Shown here one piece after another: positions 14,393 through 27,408 of a stretch of DNA of 64,000 nt (positions within the stretch are counted from its first letter, which is position 1; the number at the start of each line of letters is the position of its first letter). The notes beneath the pieces were generated by a model. The model was given only the letters and a program-made list of their open reading frames with translations, was not told the DNA's origin and searched no databases. The stretch covers positions 116,004,001-116,068,000 of the forward strand of contig NC_058373.1 of assembly GCF_018350175.1 (NCBI RefSeq). The letters are read 5' to 3'. Made by a program: the position numbers and the translations under genes. Origin of the DNA: Felis catus. Lineage: Eukaryota.

Positions 14393-14620
14393 GGGGCGCC
14401 TGGGTGGCGCAGTCGGTTAAGCGTCCAACTTCAGCCAGGTCACCATCTCGCGGTCCGTGAGTTCGAGCCCCGCGTCAGGCTCTGGGCTGATGGCTCAGAG
14501 CCTGGAGCCTGTTTCCGATTCTGTGTCTCCCTCTCTCTCTGCCCCTCCCCGTTCATGCTCTGTCTCTCTCTGTCCCAAAAATAAATAAACGTTGAAAAAA
14601 AAAATTTTTTTTAAAAAAAA
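14393..14620 (+). mobile_element. Can-SINE, young felid subfamily
   Basis: GGGGCGCCTGGGTGGCGCAGTCGGTTAAGCG head; TSD AGAAAGAAGGAACA on both sides. Confidence 0.95.
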
Positions 14621-15429
14621 GAAAGAAGGAACATTGTACACATTCATTCATCCAGTCCCTCACCCAATAGTTAGCATTCCAGTCACTTCATTCTAGTGGT
14701 TCAATGATTAACAAGGTATGTTCTCTGCTTGAGAAGCTTATAGTCTGTAGAGAAGAAAGAAAAATAAGCAGGCAACTTCAAATCTGTGTAATAAATGTTA
14801 CAAAACATCAAGGGCATACATGGAAGGGGCATTTTTACCAATCCCGGAGGATCGGTGAAGGTTTTCCTTAGTGGGTACCAACTGGTGGAGGAGAACTGGT
14901 GAGAGATGAGTCAACTTCAGGGCCAATGGCAAGGCTCTCTTGCTCCTTTTCTTGGATATAATACGAAGGGATTTGAGACCGTCCTCATGAGCTATCTTTT
15001 CTTATGCTTTTCCTGGTTTTTCAAGCCTGGGCTCAGGCAATGTCACTTTTACTACCTGCATAGGCCCATGGGCTGAGAAGTCACAGAAGGCCTTGAAGGT
15101 TACAGCTGATTAAATCCCCTCCACGTAGAACAGGGACAAATGGCTACATGTGTTGTTTCTGAGTGCAACCAGAAGCTCTTCCAGACTTGTGATTTCCATA
15201 ATAGGCAAAAATTCTGTACCCAGTTTCACAAATGTAGCTCCAGAGTCATGTTTCTTGTTCCTTTGTTTTCTCTAATCTCAGCCTTTTTATTCTAGAACAG
15301 CACTATTTGAAATAAAACGTGTGCCACTATTTGAAATAAAATTTTAAATTTTCTAGAAGCCACACTTAAAAAAGTAAATGTAAACAGAAAAAAATACTTT
15401 TAATAATATATCCTAAATAAAAATAAAGT

Positions 15430-16530
15430 TAAGAAAATAACCAGAAAGAATAAAATCCTCGGGAGTAAAGTTAACGAAAGAAGTACAAAGTTTAAATTCT
15501 AAAGACCACAAAACGTTATTGAAAGAAATTAAAGAAGACTTAAATAGATGGAAAGATAGCCCATGTTCATGAATTGGAAGATTTAATATTGTTAAGATGT
15601 TAATATGTTACTACTTCCCAAATTAATCTATAGATTCAACATAATCTTTACCAATACCCCAACTGACCTCTTTGCAGAAATCTACAAACTGATCTTAAAC
15701 TTCATTTGGAAATTCAAGGGACCCAGAATAGCCAAAACAACCTTAAAAAAGAAGAGCAAAGTTGGGGGACCCACAGTTCCAGAGTTTAAAACTTACAACA
15801 GGGGCGCCTGGGTGGCTCAGTCGGTTAAGCGTCCGACTTCGGCTCAGGTCATGATCTCACGGTCCGTGAGTTCGAGCCCCACTTCGGGCTCTGTGCTGAC
15901 AGCTCAGAGCCTGGAGCCTGTTTCAAATTCTGTGTCTCCCTCTCTCTCTGCCCCTCCCCTGTTCATGCTCTGTCTCTCTCTGTCTCAAAAATAAATAAAC
16001 GTTAAAAAAAATTTTTTTTAAACTTACAACAAAACTGCAATAGTCAAGACTGTGCTAGCATAAAGGTAGACAAGAGATCAATGGAATAGAAATGATAGTC
16101 CAGAAATAGGCCCTCACATTTGTGGCAGATTGATTTCCAACAAGGAAACTAAGATATTTCAGCGGAGGAAAAAAGAGTCTTTTCAACAAATGATGCTAAG
16201 ACAAGTGGACAGTCACATGCCAAAGAATGAAGCTGGACCACTACCTTACATCATACGCACAAAAAAATTTACTCAAATGGATTAAAAACCTAAATTCAAG
16301 TGCTACAACTTTAAAACTCTTAGAAGAGAATGTAGGTGTAAATCTTTCTGATCTGTGATTAGGTGATGTTTTCCTGCACATGAAAAGCACAAACAATAAA
16401 AGAAAAAAAATAGATAAAATGAACTTTTTATCTACCAACATTAAAAACTTTTTGTGCTTCAAAGGACACCATCAAGCAAAATGATAACTCACAAAATGGG
16501 AGAGACTCTTCCATCTTTTGCAATCATATA
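15430..16530 (+). mobile_element. L1 ORF2 fragment, interrupted by a Can-SINE
   Basis: Peptide LLPKLIYRFNII...KLILNFIWKFKGPRIAKTTLKKKSKVGGPTVPEFKTY is L1 ORF2-like; degenerate. Confidence 0.9.
15801..16018 (+). mobile_element. Can-SINE inserted in L1
   Basis: Full head and tail; TSD AAACTTACAACA. Confidence 0.95.
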
Positions 16531-16598
16531 TCTGGTATTTGTAATTAAGAATATATATTCACATCACTGTGAATATACTAAAAGTCACTGACATATAC

Positions 16599-16820
16599 AT
16601 TTTTTAAATTTTAAAATGTTTTTATTTATTTTTGAGAGAGAGACAGAGACAGAGCATGAGTAGGAGAGGGCCAGAGATAGAGGGAAACACAGAATCTGAA
16701 GCAGGCTCCAGGCTCTGGGCTGTCAGCACAGAGCCCAATGCGGGGCTGGAACTCACGAACTGTGAGATCATGACCTGAGCCAAAGTCAGACGCTTAACCG
16801 ACTGAGCCACCCAGGCACTC
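16599..16820 (-). mobile_element. Can-SINE
   Basis: Reverse-complement head, GA tract and T-rich tail. Confidence 0.92.
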
Positions 16821-17024
16821 TGGAAAATTATTATTCTTAATCTTGTCTCTAGGATTTAGCAGAGGGCCTGGCACACAGCACATACTCAGGAAACCATAGC
16901 TGTCTACACTGGGAGCTATGATATCCCCAACAGGTGGTTCTCTGCCTGAGTACTCAAAAAGAAGTCCTATATCAAAGATACCCCATTCCATTTTAGGTAG
17001 TAATACTTGTTAGAATCTGCCTTC

Positions 17025-17251
17025 TTTTTTTTTTTTAATTTTTTTTTTCAACATTTATTTATTTTTGGGACAGAGAGAGACAGAGCATGAACGGGGGAGG
17101 GACAGAGAGAGAGGGAGACACAGAATCGGAAACAGGCTCCAGGCTCTGAGCCATCAGCCCAGAGCCCGACGCGGGGCTCGAACTCACAGACCGCGAGATC
17201 GTGACCTGGCTGAAGTCGGACGCTTAACCGACTGCGCCTCCCAGGCGCCCC
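17025..17251 (-). mobile_element. Can-SINE, young felid subfamily
   Basis: TSD AGAATCTGCCTTCTT; long T tail. Confidence 0.95.
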
Positions 17252-17662
17252 AGAATCTGCCTTCTTGAATTGAACTAGGACCTATCCTCCAGTAGCTTCC
17301 ATCCATGACCTGCCTTTGGCCCTCTTCAGGACCAACCAGTCTTCTCTTCAACATGACATTCACCTGTCTGGACTCTCTAAAGTCTTCTATTTTCTGGTCT
17401 ATATGTTCCAATTCCTTCAACTAGTCTTCCCTCACAGGTTTTCTGGTTCTGGCCCTTGCTTTTCAGTCTATTAATGTTCCTCTTAAAATGTGACACACAG
17501 AACCATAATGGCCAGCACAGAAAACAGGAGACCCTCATTGTCTCTCTACATCCAGACTGCAAAGGTGCCCAGCTTTTTTCATCAGATCATTTCACAGCTG
17601 GCTTGAAGTATATGTGTGGCCCCATCTTCTACTTATACCACTGATGTTAAAATTTTTATTTT

Positions 17663-17853
17663 TGGGGTGCCCAGGTGGCTCAGTCGGTTAAACGTCCAGC
17701 TTCGGCTCCGGTCGTGATTTCATGGTTCCTGAGTTCGAGCCCCACATCAGGCTCTGTGCTGGCAGTGTGGAGCCTGCTTGGGACTCTCTCTCTTTCCCTC
17801 TCTCTCCTTCATGCTCCCCCTGTCTCAAAATAAATAAATAAAAACTTAAAAAA
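17663..17853 (+). mobile_element. Can-SINE
   Basis: GGGGTGCCCAGGTGGCTCAGTCGG head; AAATAAATAAAT tail. Confidence 0.92.
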
Positions 17854-17983
17854 TACAGCATTTATTATTTAGTTATAATTCTGTACTATAAAATGTGCAG
17901 ATCTCAAGTGTCAATAGATAAGTCCTAAAAATGAATACACTCCTGTAATCAACACAACAGTCATAATATAAAACATTGCCTTC

Positions 17984-18218
17984 GGGGCGCCTGGGTGGCG
18001 CAGTCGGTTAAGCATCCGCCTTCAGCCAGGTCACGATCTCGTGGTCCGTGAGTTCGAGCCCCGCGTCGGGCTCTGGGCTGATGGCTCAGAGCCTGGATCC
18101 TGTTTCCGATTCTGTGTCTCCCTCTCTCTCTCTGCCCCTCCCCCATTCATGCTCTCTCTCTGTCCCAAAAATAAATAAACGTTGAAAAAAAAATTAAAAA
18201 CAAAACAAAACAAAAAAA
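17984..18218 (+). mobile_element. Can-SINE, young felid subfamily
   Basis: TSD AAAACATTGCCTTC. Confidence 0.95.
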
Positions 18219-18299
18219 CATTGCCTTCACCCTGGAAAGTTCTCTCATGTCTCTTTCCCATCAGTTTCCATCCTAAAACCCTAGAGGTGACCACTATTC

Positions 18300-18523
18300 T
18301 TTTTTTTTTTTAATTTTTTTTTAATGTTTATTTATTTTTGAGACAGAGAGAGACAGAGCATGAATGGGGGAGGGTCAGAGAGAGGGAGACACAGAATCTG
18401 AAACAGGCTCCAGGCTCTGAGCTGTCAGCACAGAGCCTGATGCGGGGCTCGAACTCACGGACCGTGAGATCATGACCTGAGCCGAAGTCGGACGCTTTAC
18501 CGACCGAGCCACCCAGGCGCCCC
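18300..18523 (-). mobile_element. Can-SINE
   Basis: TSD GGTGACCACTATTCT; poly-T tail. Confidence 0.95.
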
Positions 18524-20902
18524 GGTGACCACTATTCTGATTCCTAGCCCCACAGTTAAGTTTTGCAAAAACAAAACTTGTTTTTGAAATTCATATAAAT
18601 GGAATAGTACAGTATTGTAAGATTGTATTTTTACCTTAATGCACAGCTTTATTCCTATTACATTTAATCACATTGATTTCGATCTTTACAGCTTATGGTG
18701 AGCATTTTCATCTTGATTCCATCACACCCGTATCTGCTAATTTCCCCAACTCCGTGCCATCTACAGATTTGACTATGATTCCTTCTGTCCTTAATCCAAA
18801 ATAAAACTAGAACAAAGACGGAGAGTGCAGCAGTACTAAACTAGAAACCCTTCAATTTTCAAGCTTAGGGGATGGAAAGCATTATAGAAGCACTGGCCAA
18901 CAGGAGGTACTGGGAGATGATCCGTGTTGGTGGAAAGGACTGTGTTCTGCCTGGAATACACTGACGGAGGTGGCAATGGGACATTCTAGTGGGATGTGTC
19001 CTGGGAGGGGGGCAGGGCTGCAGGGGAAGGTCTGAGGTCACATGCATAGCCGAGAATGCTGAAATGGAAGGGGGAAAAGAGCTCTGGGGGTGGGGGGGGG
19101 GGGAGACCCCAGGACCAGTCAGTCACCTGGAGCGAGAGAGCCATGAAGTTTTCCATGGGCGTCTCAGGAGTCCTGAGCTCAAGTTATTGGTAGTTCTGGT
19201 TTTCAGTTTTGTTATGTTTGTTTTGTTAAATCCTAAGTGGAGTCTGGCGGCTTACAAGGAGAATTATTTTCCTGGATTTGGAATCTGCTGATATTGTTAA
19301 ATCACAGAGGGCTCTTGGTCTCTTCTCCCACTCCCTCAACTGGAAAACAGTGAGTGAGGCTTGGGGGACAGGCTGTGCAGGCTGAGGGTGGGCTTGGGGG
19401 GAAGGACAGAGGAATGTGTTGGTTCTTTTCATCTTTCAGTCAGGCGACAACTCTCCCACAGTGAAGCTCCCCTTACCAAGATGTTGCTTGCCTTTTTACT
19501 TTTTCATTCTTTGGGTTCAGCATTATAAGCCTCCTGTTTCTTTGACACACAACATGTGGGCTTAGAAGTGCAGATAAGCACAGACCTGTGACTGAGGAAA
19601 CCTGCACCCCACTCACTCTGCCATCCCTGGCCATGGGACCCTGAGTCTGAGGGGAGCCTCCCCACCTCATGCTCATCTACAAATGGGCAGAGGTGGGTCA
19701 GAAATCTCTCTGGGTCTCAGAATCACCCAGTCAGCATAAAAAAATAGATGGTGGGGTTCAGGAAATTGCACTTTTTTAAAACTGTAATTCTGATATTGGT
19801 TCATTGGGTTAGTATTCTAGAAGTCTGTGGTAGGATATCTTAGCTAATCCCAAATAGAATTGGTCCTTTCTGAGCCATGCATTTATTTCATGTATTTGCT
19901 TGAATCAGTAAGAATGTTAATCAAAGATTGGAAAGGCTTTTTTTTTTTTTTTTATAGAGAAGCTTGAGAGAACATAGAGGGGTAGAAATAAAGACAGGGG
20001 TGACTGACCATCAGGCATGGTAGAGTGACACTTGATGGAAATTTCTATGGCAAGCAAATGAAGAGATTAAAAAGGCATTGCCAATGCCCCCATTGGGCAC
20101 ATAATTCAGTGTAAGCAAGGTGCTGACACATCGTCACCAATGGACCGGACTGTGTAAACTTCGAGGTAACTCAGGGCTCTTGGGCACCATCAGAGCTAAC
20201 CCTGAGCTTGTAGAAGGGCAAAATTCCTTAGCTTCCTCCATTTCCCTTCCACTCCTTGTGACCACAGCTTCCTTTTGAGCCACTAAGCCCCGCTGTCCTG
20301 GCCTGGGTCTCATCTTGCTCCTGCTTGGGTTTGCACCAGCTTCTAGTTAAAAGAACCTGAGGTCTTAGTTGAATCACGTCCTGAGATCCAGAAGAAGGAA
20401 GACAGGAGCTGAGAGCTGTTCACTGAGCTCTTTTTGTCAATCATGCTGATCATTTTGCAGGTGAGAAACTGAGGCACAGAGCAGGGGTGTGTCCTAGCAA
20501 GAGCACTGCCTACTTGGCCTTTGCTCCTTCAGGGATTCGCTGCATGGAGACCTCAAGGTTTCCCTTCAGGGTTGCTGGAGGTTGACTGAATTGATTTCCT
20601 GTGTTCCCTGGCAGGTGGCAATAGGTGAATTTTAAATAAGACTATTAATAGAAGTTATCCATGAGGGAATGTCTAATGAATCCACTAATAGAGAAATTGT
20701 GTCTAGTGATTTTTTAAAAAGCTCATACTGAATACTGCTGATGTCACCTTGTGTATAGATGCCAAGGCAGGAATGTTTGATATGTCAAGGCGTATTGGTG
20801 GTATGGTGACCTCTTGCTGTTGGTCTATATAGAAAGACTTCATTTAAAGATGAACCCACTAAAGCATAAAGTTAATTTAAGTTTAAAAGGTAATCTGTTT
20901 CA

Positions 20903-21108
20903 GGGTGCCTGGGTGGGTCAGTCGGTTAAGCGTCCGGCTTCGGTTTAGGTCATGATCTCACGGCTCGTGAGCTCGAGCCCCGCAACAGGCTCTGACAGAG
21001 TCTGGAGCTTGCTTTGGATTCTATGTCTTCCTCTCTCTCTGACCCTCCCCTGCTCGTTCTCTGTCTCTCTGTCTCTCTCTCTCTCTCCAAACTAAATATT
21101 TAAAAAAA
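20903..21108 (+). mobile_element. Can-SINE
   Basis: GGGTGCCTGGGTGGGTCAGTCGGTTAAGCG head, CT tract, A tail. Confidence 0.92.
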
Positions 21109-21226
21109 TCACAAAATGTAACCTGGGTCTTAGCATCACATCCTGTCACAAAGAGTTTAAAAGTCCCAGCAGCTCACATATCCCCCCGAGAACAGCTTGG
21201 GACGGAAATGGGTGATTGCGAACACT

Positions 21227-21385
21227 AGTGCTTCTCATGCTGTAATGTGCCCACAGATCACCTGGGGATCTTGCTAAAAGGCAGATTCTGACTCAGTAGG
21301 TCTGGAGCAGGGCCCCAGATTCTGCCGTTCTAACAAGATTGTGGGTGATGCTACGAAGCCAGTGTGTGGACCACACTCTGAGTAG
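21227..21385. mobile_element. MER5A-like hAT relic
   Basis: ATCACCTGGGGATCTTGCTAAAAGGCAGATTCTGACTCAGTAGGTCTGG...GGACCACACTCTGAGTAG. Confidence 0.7.
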
Positions 21386-23075
21386 GGAGAGAACAGAGGA
21401 GCCTCACTCCTGAGCAGAGGCAGCCAGTTTCTTACCCTGTATCCAGATACTTCCTCTGACCATATCTTTATCTAGCCACATATTATTTATTTAAAAAACT
21501 ACTGTTTTCTTGAGTGTCACTGAGACTTTTGAGTATTCCCTCCACTCCGAGCATCTTGGGAATCAGGTGAAGAACCCCACACCCCACCTCTACCTCCAAC
21601 CCCTTCTGCTAACCCCTAGGTCCTTCTTTGCACAGGCACTCCAATCCACCCCTTATAATTTATACTTCTAAACCTATACACTCCCCATTTTCCTCCCTCC
21701 AGAATAAGCCAACCAATAACAGGTTGACTTCTATACACCAGAACCGTGTTTTGCGATCCTTACTGGGTTTGTAACCCAGTTATGAGGTAGTTATGATTAT
21801 AACAACATCCATTTTATTAATGAGGAATTTGAGACCCAGAAAAGTCTCAGGTTAAATAAATTGCCAAGGTCATGCAATTCATAAGCGCCAAGATGTGAAC
21901 CTGGACCATCTGACTCCAAAGCCCAAGTTCTTGGCCACCGTGATGTGGGAAGTTATCCTGGGAGGGTGAACAGTCCATTCTCCCTGGAATCTCAAGGGCT
22001 CTCATATCTTCTTCTCTGCCTGATTGTATCTGGTCCTAACCCACTTTGGTACTTTCATCCTGCCTTAGCCTGGAATAAAATGGCATTAGTTGCTGAATAT
22101 CCAGGATAAAGGTCTGACTTAACCTTCAAGCATCTTCAGCACATAAGAAGTTGGCTAGAGTGATCTCTGAGACCTATAGCCTCCCCTCACTGAGCCTCCC
22201 CATTATCCTCCAAGGGACCATCTTGTGGCCCCTCCTCCACTCTTTTCAGGAGCTTCTGTCTTCCTTTGCTCTCTACCCTCCTCCTTCCCTTCCACTTCGA
22301 AAGTGACTTTTAGAGAAAGATGTGAAAACACTTATTAGTGACTCCACATGTATGAGCTGTTTGAGGCATTCTGCATTTTAAGCCTTATCATTTAATGAAG
22401 GGAGAAAACTCTTAGGGAGCTTAGGTCTAAAGGATAAATGATCATCCATTATGCCCTGGCTGGAAAGGAAAATGGAAGAAGGAAAGGCATTCTAGACAGG
22501 ATGATCTATTCTTGCATATCGTCATTACTCAATAAATGTCTGTTGATGAGACACTGAGGAGGAAAATGACACATTTTTATCCACTGGGATCGGGGAGAGA
22601 TCTTCTTGCAAAAACCCTAGCGTCTGCTCCTGGGCCTTTTGTCCAAGTCTAAGAGGAAGAGTTGGACCAAAAAAAAAAAAAAACCCGCTTAAAAATAGTG
22701 TCTTCCCTCTTCACCTGGCAATATAGGTTAATTTTTCCTTTAATTGAGTATTTCAAAAATAAAATAATAATTCTACCAGGTACCACTTAAGGAAGAGGAA
22801 ATCTATGAGTTCCAACTGAAAAGCACTTATTTTGATAGAACAAGGTGGTGTTGCTTCCCTCACCCTCCCAGTGGCTCATTCAGTCATTTAAGGCTCTATA
22901 TAGTTTCTTCTAGGATAGCTGCATAGTCATTTGGAGTCTGGTCTCTGACCTCTGGGGCCCTGTCAGGAATGGGAACCAGAACCTAGAGCTCTTCTGGGGA
23001 GGCCACACATCAACCAAGTGTGTCACTTGAGAGTACCACCCACTTTCTTTGTGTGGCTCATTTTTCTTTCTTTCC

Positions 23076-23300
23076 TTTAAAAAAAAAATTTACATTTATT
23101 TATTTTTGAGAAACAGAGTGAGACAAAGCGTGAGAGGGGGAGGGGCAGAGAGAGAAGGAGACACAGAATCTGAAGCAGGCTCCAGGCTCTGAGCAAGAGG
23201 TCAGCACAGAGCCCGATGCGGGGCTCGAACCCACGAACTGTGAGATTATGACCTGAGCCGAAGTCGGACACTCAACCGACTGAGCCACCCAGGCACCCCC
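23076..23300 (-). mobile_element. Can-SINE
   Basis: Reverse-complement head and tail. Confidence 0.93.
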
Positions 23301-23998
23301 TCATTTTTCTTGGCTTCACTGTCCAACCCCTTGACTTATCTGAGTTATGGGGACCTATGGCTGCTCCTCTAAGAGAGAAGACAGTAGCAAAGTCAGCCCT
23401 GGGGTGCCTTTCAGGCAGCTAGAGGGATCCAGGATTAGTTAATGCCTTTTCACCCCTGAGTAGAAGTGTGTTAAGCTAGAAAAGAATAGAAGATAGAAAT
23501 GTAAGGAATGGGAATTTGGGGCTGCCCTAGGATCATATGTATGAGCCAAGGAATAAGGGCTCAGACAAATAGCCAGCTCCCTTCTTATCATCCTCTGAAA
23601 CATCTCCACCATCTCTTGGGTTGGGAACCAGGGCCACTTGACCAGTAAAAGCCTATGTATGAGAACAAAGGGCAAGATGAATGTGTTAGCATGGACATTT
23701 AGAAGGAAAGGTCTGAACAAGTATAAGACAAGAGCATCATAAATATTTGAACCAAGTCTTTTAACCACTAGAGCATCTTGCTAGAAAAACAAAAGATGGG
23801 TTCTCATTCACAGGATGTTTGGACAGTGGCCTGGAAAAGAACTAGCTTATTCTAGACACAGCCAGGTTGAATATCTTAAAGCAATCTCCAGCTATTTAGT
23901 GAAATGATCATCAAGATATTAGTCTCCATGCTTACCTCTCCTATTAGACACAAGTTCCTTAAGAGTAAAGACCATGAGTCTGGCTTATTTTTGCATTC

Positions 23999-23999
<1 letters not shown>

Positions 24000-24031
<32 letters not shown>

Positions 24032-24240
24032 TTTTTTCAACATTTATTTATTTTTGGGACAGAGAGAGACAGAGCATGAACGGGGGAGGGGCAGAGAGAG
24101 AGGGAGACACAGAATGGGAAACAGGCTCCAGGCTCTGAGCCATCAGCCCAGAGCCCGACGCGGGGCTCGAACTCACGGACCGCGAGATCGTGACCTGGCT
24201 GAAGTCGGACGCTTAACCGACTGCGCCACCCAGGCGCCCC
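24000..24240 (-). mobile_element. Can-SINE, young felid subfamily
   Basis: Long pure T tail; TSD TTATTTTTGCATTCTT. Confidence 0.95.
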
Positions 24241-25937
24241 TTATTTTTGCATTCTTGATGGTAGGCATGTAATAGTGTTGGTAACCCACTGGCCTCTCAG
24301 CGATTAATAGCCAGGGGGAAATAGTCTACGGTAAAGATCAAGGACAAGAAAAAGAAGTTAAATAGAACTACTTCTGTGATACCTACTTCTGCACAAAGTT
24401 TAAGGCAAGGGAAGACCTTAAGGGAAGACCTATGCCTTACATTTGCCCTGATGAAAATCCAGCTTTTCCTCAGCCTCTGCTGCTCTTGCTTTGCATTTTA
24501 CCCATCTCATTGTTGCCTAGCATTGCAGCTTTTGCACCCAAAGCAAAAAATTCCCAAGTGAGCTATAATTCTCAACACAGTTTGGTCACTGAGTCTCAGT
24601 TGGGACAAACCAACTGTACGGTGTATGACTCCCTGATAACTCCATAGAGCAAATCAGTGTCACTTGTTCAGGGGTCATTTAGGAAACACAGTCTTAAGGG
24701 TGGTGCCGACCAGTTCAGGAAGATCATTGGGAGAATTTGGGCTTTCACATCACTGGCTTGAAGGAGTAGCTCCCAGGCTGGCAGACCCTATGTTGCCACA
24801 AGACAGAGATTCCCCCCTGTCCAAATTCTTTCTCTACAGCCCCTCCTGAAATGCTGATGACCCCCAGCAGAGGTAGTGAGGGCATGGTGACACCCCAGAA
24901 ATGGATGGGTCTGCTTCTTGGCAAGAAAAAGTTACCCTTTGGTCACCTATATGTCATCCATATAGCCCTGGAGCTTACAGAGAAGTTTCATTTGCTTTCT
25001 GAAAGACAACTCACAGGAAACATGAGAATAAAAACAACTGGGAACAAGGAAACTAAACTCTGCAGGTGTCACCTTCTCTTACCCCTCATTTCTGCTGACT
25101 CACTCCTTCGCCCTTCAGAGCCGAGCATCTTTAGCTCAGGCTCTTGAATGAGGCCCATTGACAGAAGGGTGATGAGCTTTTCAGGCCTGGGCCAGGTCCT
25201 CTAGCTCAAAGGCATCCTCTCTGTCATCAGGCCATTTTTCAAAAATGTAATTCACCTATCTTCTCTTGATTTATAGTTAAATTGAAAAGGTTAAATTTAA
25301 GGTTAAATTTAAAAGGATGAGGACACTGAAGAAGTGAAATCCACAGAAGTAAATATCTCAGGCAAACAAAATGCACAAACTTCATGGGCCCTTAGAGCTT
25401 GAAAGGAGCTCATCTAATGGAACCCCCTTGTAAAGAGGCTGAGGCCCATAGTGACAGGGTTGGGACTCAAATCCATTTCCTTTGGAGTTCAAGTTCAGTA
25501 CTTCTGAATGGCACTAATTCTTCCATGCCTTGCTCAAGTGGCAATTTGTTTCCAGGGTTGGAAACTCAATTCTGGGATCCCTAAAAGTGTACCTCAAAAC
25601 TAACAAGAGAAGGAAGAAGACTTTTGGGACTTCACTGTCACATCACTAAAGAAAGAAAGTTGCCACCACAATATAAATTCTTCATGCCTCCTCTTTGAGG
25701 ACTTGGGTTTAGAGCTTTCTGACCTCAGGAGCCATGGTTGTGACCATAGAGGTCTTAATAGGTCCTCTAAGCCTTGGGTCTCCATGGAAATGGGTGACCC
25801 ATGAACATGTCTGCAGAGACATGCCCTGCAAGGATTGGCTGTCAGGAAGAAGGACCATGTGCTAAGTTATACTTGGGGGCTCAGACCTGGAATTTACGTC
25901 ACTGCAGAACAAAGCAGTAGTTAAGCTGGGTAAACCC

Positions 25938-26640
25938 CATCAGTGTTACTTTCAAAATATATCTGGAATCTGACCACTTCTTTCCACTCCTACTGTGACC
26001 ACTCTAGTCTAAGATATCAGCTCTAGCTCTCCTAGCAATGCTCTAACTAGATTCACTACTTCTATCCTAGACCTCCTCAGTCTTCTCCAAAGTGATTCTG
26101 CTAAAACTTGATTATGATCATGTTACTCCTCTGCTTAAATCCCTCCAATGGCTTCCCTCTCACTCAGAGTAAAAGCTAAAGTCCTTACTATGAATTACAT
26201 GATCTACAAAATCTGGTCCTGTAATACTTTAATTAAAGTATTAATTACAGTATAAATATAGCAGGCAGACTCCCACCTCAGGGCCTTTGCACTGGCTGTT
26301 CCCTCTATCTGGGATCCTCTCCCCCATCCCATAACATGGCTAGCTCTATCACTTCTTTCAAGGTCTTTAATCAAAGGATACCTTCTGAGTGAGGCCCTCC
26401 CTGACTACTTCCATTTAAAACGTTAACACCCACTCCACCTACCTGACATTTCACATATCTCTTTCCCATTTTATTTCTTCTCTTTAACACTTGCCCATAA
26501 CATTTATCTTCTTTACTGTCTTCTCCCATTAGAACACAAACACTGTGAGGGATCACTGCTATATCTCCAGCAGACAGAACAGTACCTGGCACACAGTAGG
26601 TATTCAGCTCACATCGGTTAAATGAGAGAATGAATGAAAG
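25938..26640 (+). mobile_element. L2 3' fragment
   Basis: GATCATGTTACTCCTCTGCTTAAATCCCTCCAATGGCTTCCC...AGGGCCTTTGCACTGGCTGTTCCCTC...CCTGGCACACAGTAGG...GAATGAATGAA. Confidence 0.8.
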
Positions 26641-27306
26641 CGTGGTTTGAGAGCTTAAGCTCATGACATGGTAGTGCTGACTTGCCTTCCAGCTGGGAAT
26701 TAGGAGTCGGTCCTCCTGAAACAAGAACATTTGAGCATCCGCCTCCTCAGCTTTTTGCAACTCTGTCTCCCCAAATAGAGGGTGAACGGAGATACATTCC
26801 CCATACTCACTCCTCCTCAGCCTGTCCCTTCTGAGCATCCTTCCCCATCCAGGCCCATTCCAGCTCAGAGACCCTCCTGCCAAGTCCAGAGAACCTACCT
26901 TGAATAAGAGCAGTTGTTCAACAAGTGACAGAACTTACCATGTGTCAGCCATGATGCTAAGTGTTTTATGTAGAGCACTTCATCCTTAGGAGGTTGGCAA
27001 TATTATTTCCATTTTCACATGAGAAAAATGAAGCTGAGAGACTGCACACCCTCCCTTTTTCTCTTCTTTGAGAACCTTCTACCTACCCACAAGGGTGGAC
27101 TCCTACCGGCATGTTGATACCAAGAAAACCCCAGCAACTCCTTGGGCAAGGGTAGAAACTTGACCCTAGTGGGGCAGGTTAGTTTCTTTTCCCTAGAAAT
27201 GAGGATTCGATATTTGTCCTCACTCCCAGGCCCTTCTAAAGCCAGGACCGGGGAATCAGTGTGTGTTCACAGGTACCATGAAGGCCAATGAAGAATGAAG
27301 AAGGAG

Positions 27307-27408
27307 GAACGCTGGGCTGCCTCAGTCAGTAGAGCATGCAACTCTTGATCTCAGGGTTGGTAAGTTCAAGCCCCATTTGGGTGTAGAGATTACTTAAAAA
27401 AAAAAAAA
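27307..27408 (+). mobile_element. Short tRNA-derived carnivore SINE lacking the CT tract
   Basis: CTCAGTCAGTAGAGCATGCAACTCTTGATCTCAGGGTTG...GTTCAAGCCCCA...GGGTGTAGAGATTACTTAAAAA. Confidence 0.8.

Noticed and set aside
15301..15341. Short direct repeats (17 bp here; similar near 25288 and 44777)
   Set aside because: Two-copy slippage duplications, with no CRISPR-like array or spacers.
17065..17268. Recurring ORFs of the GQRETEHERGRGRERGRH / AQSVKRPTSAQV type
   Set aside because: These are translations of Can-SINE copies, not a gene family.
27307..27400. tRNA-like sequence
   Set aside because: A tRNA-derived SINE with an A tail, with a similar copy at 55789; not a tRNA gene.
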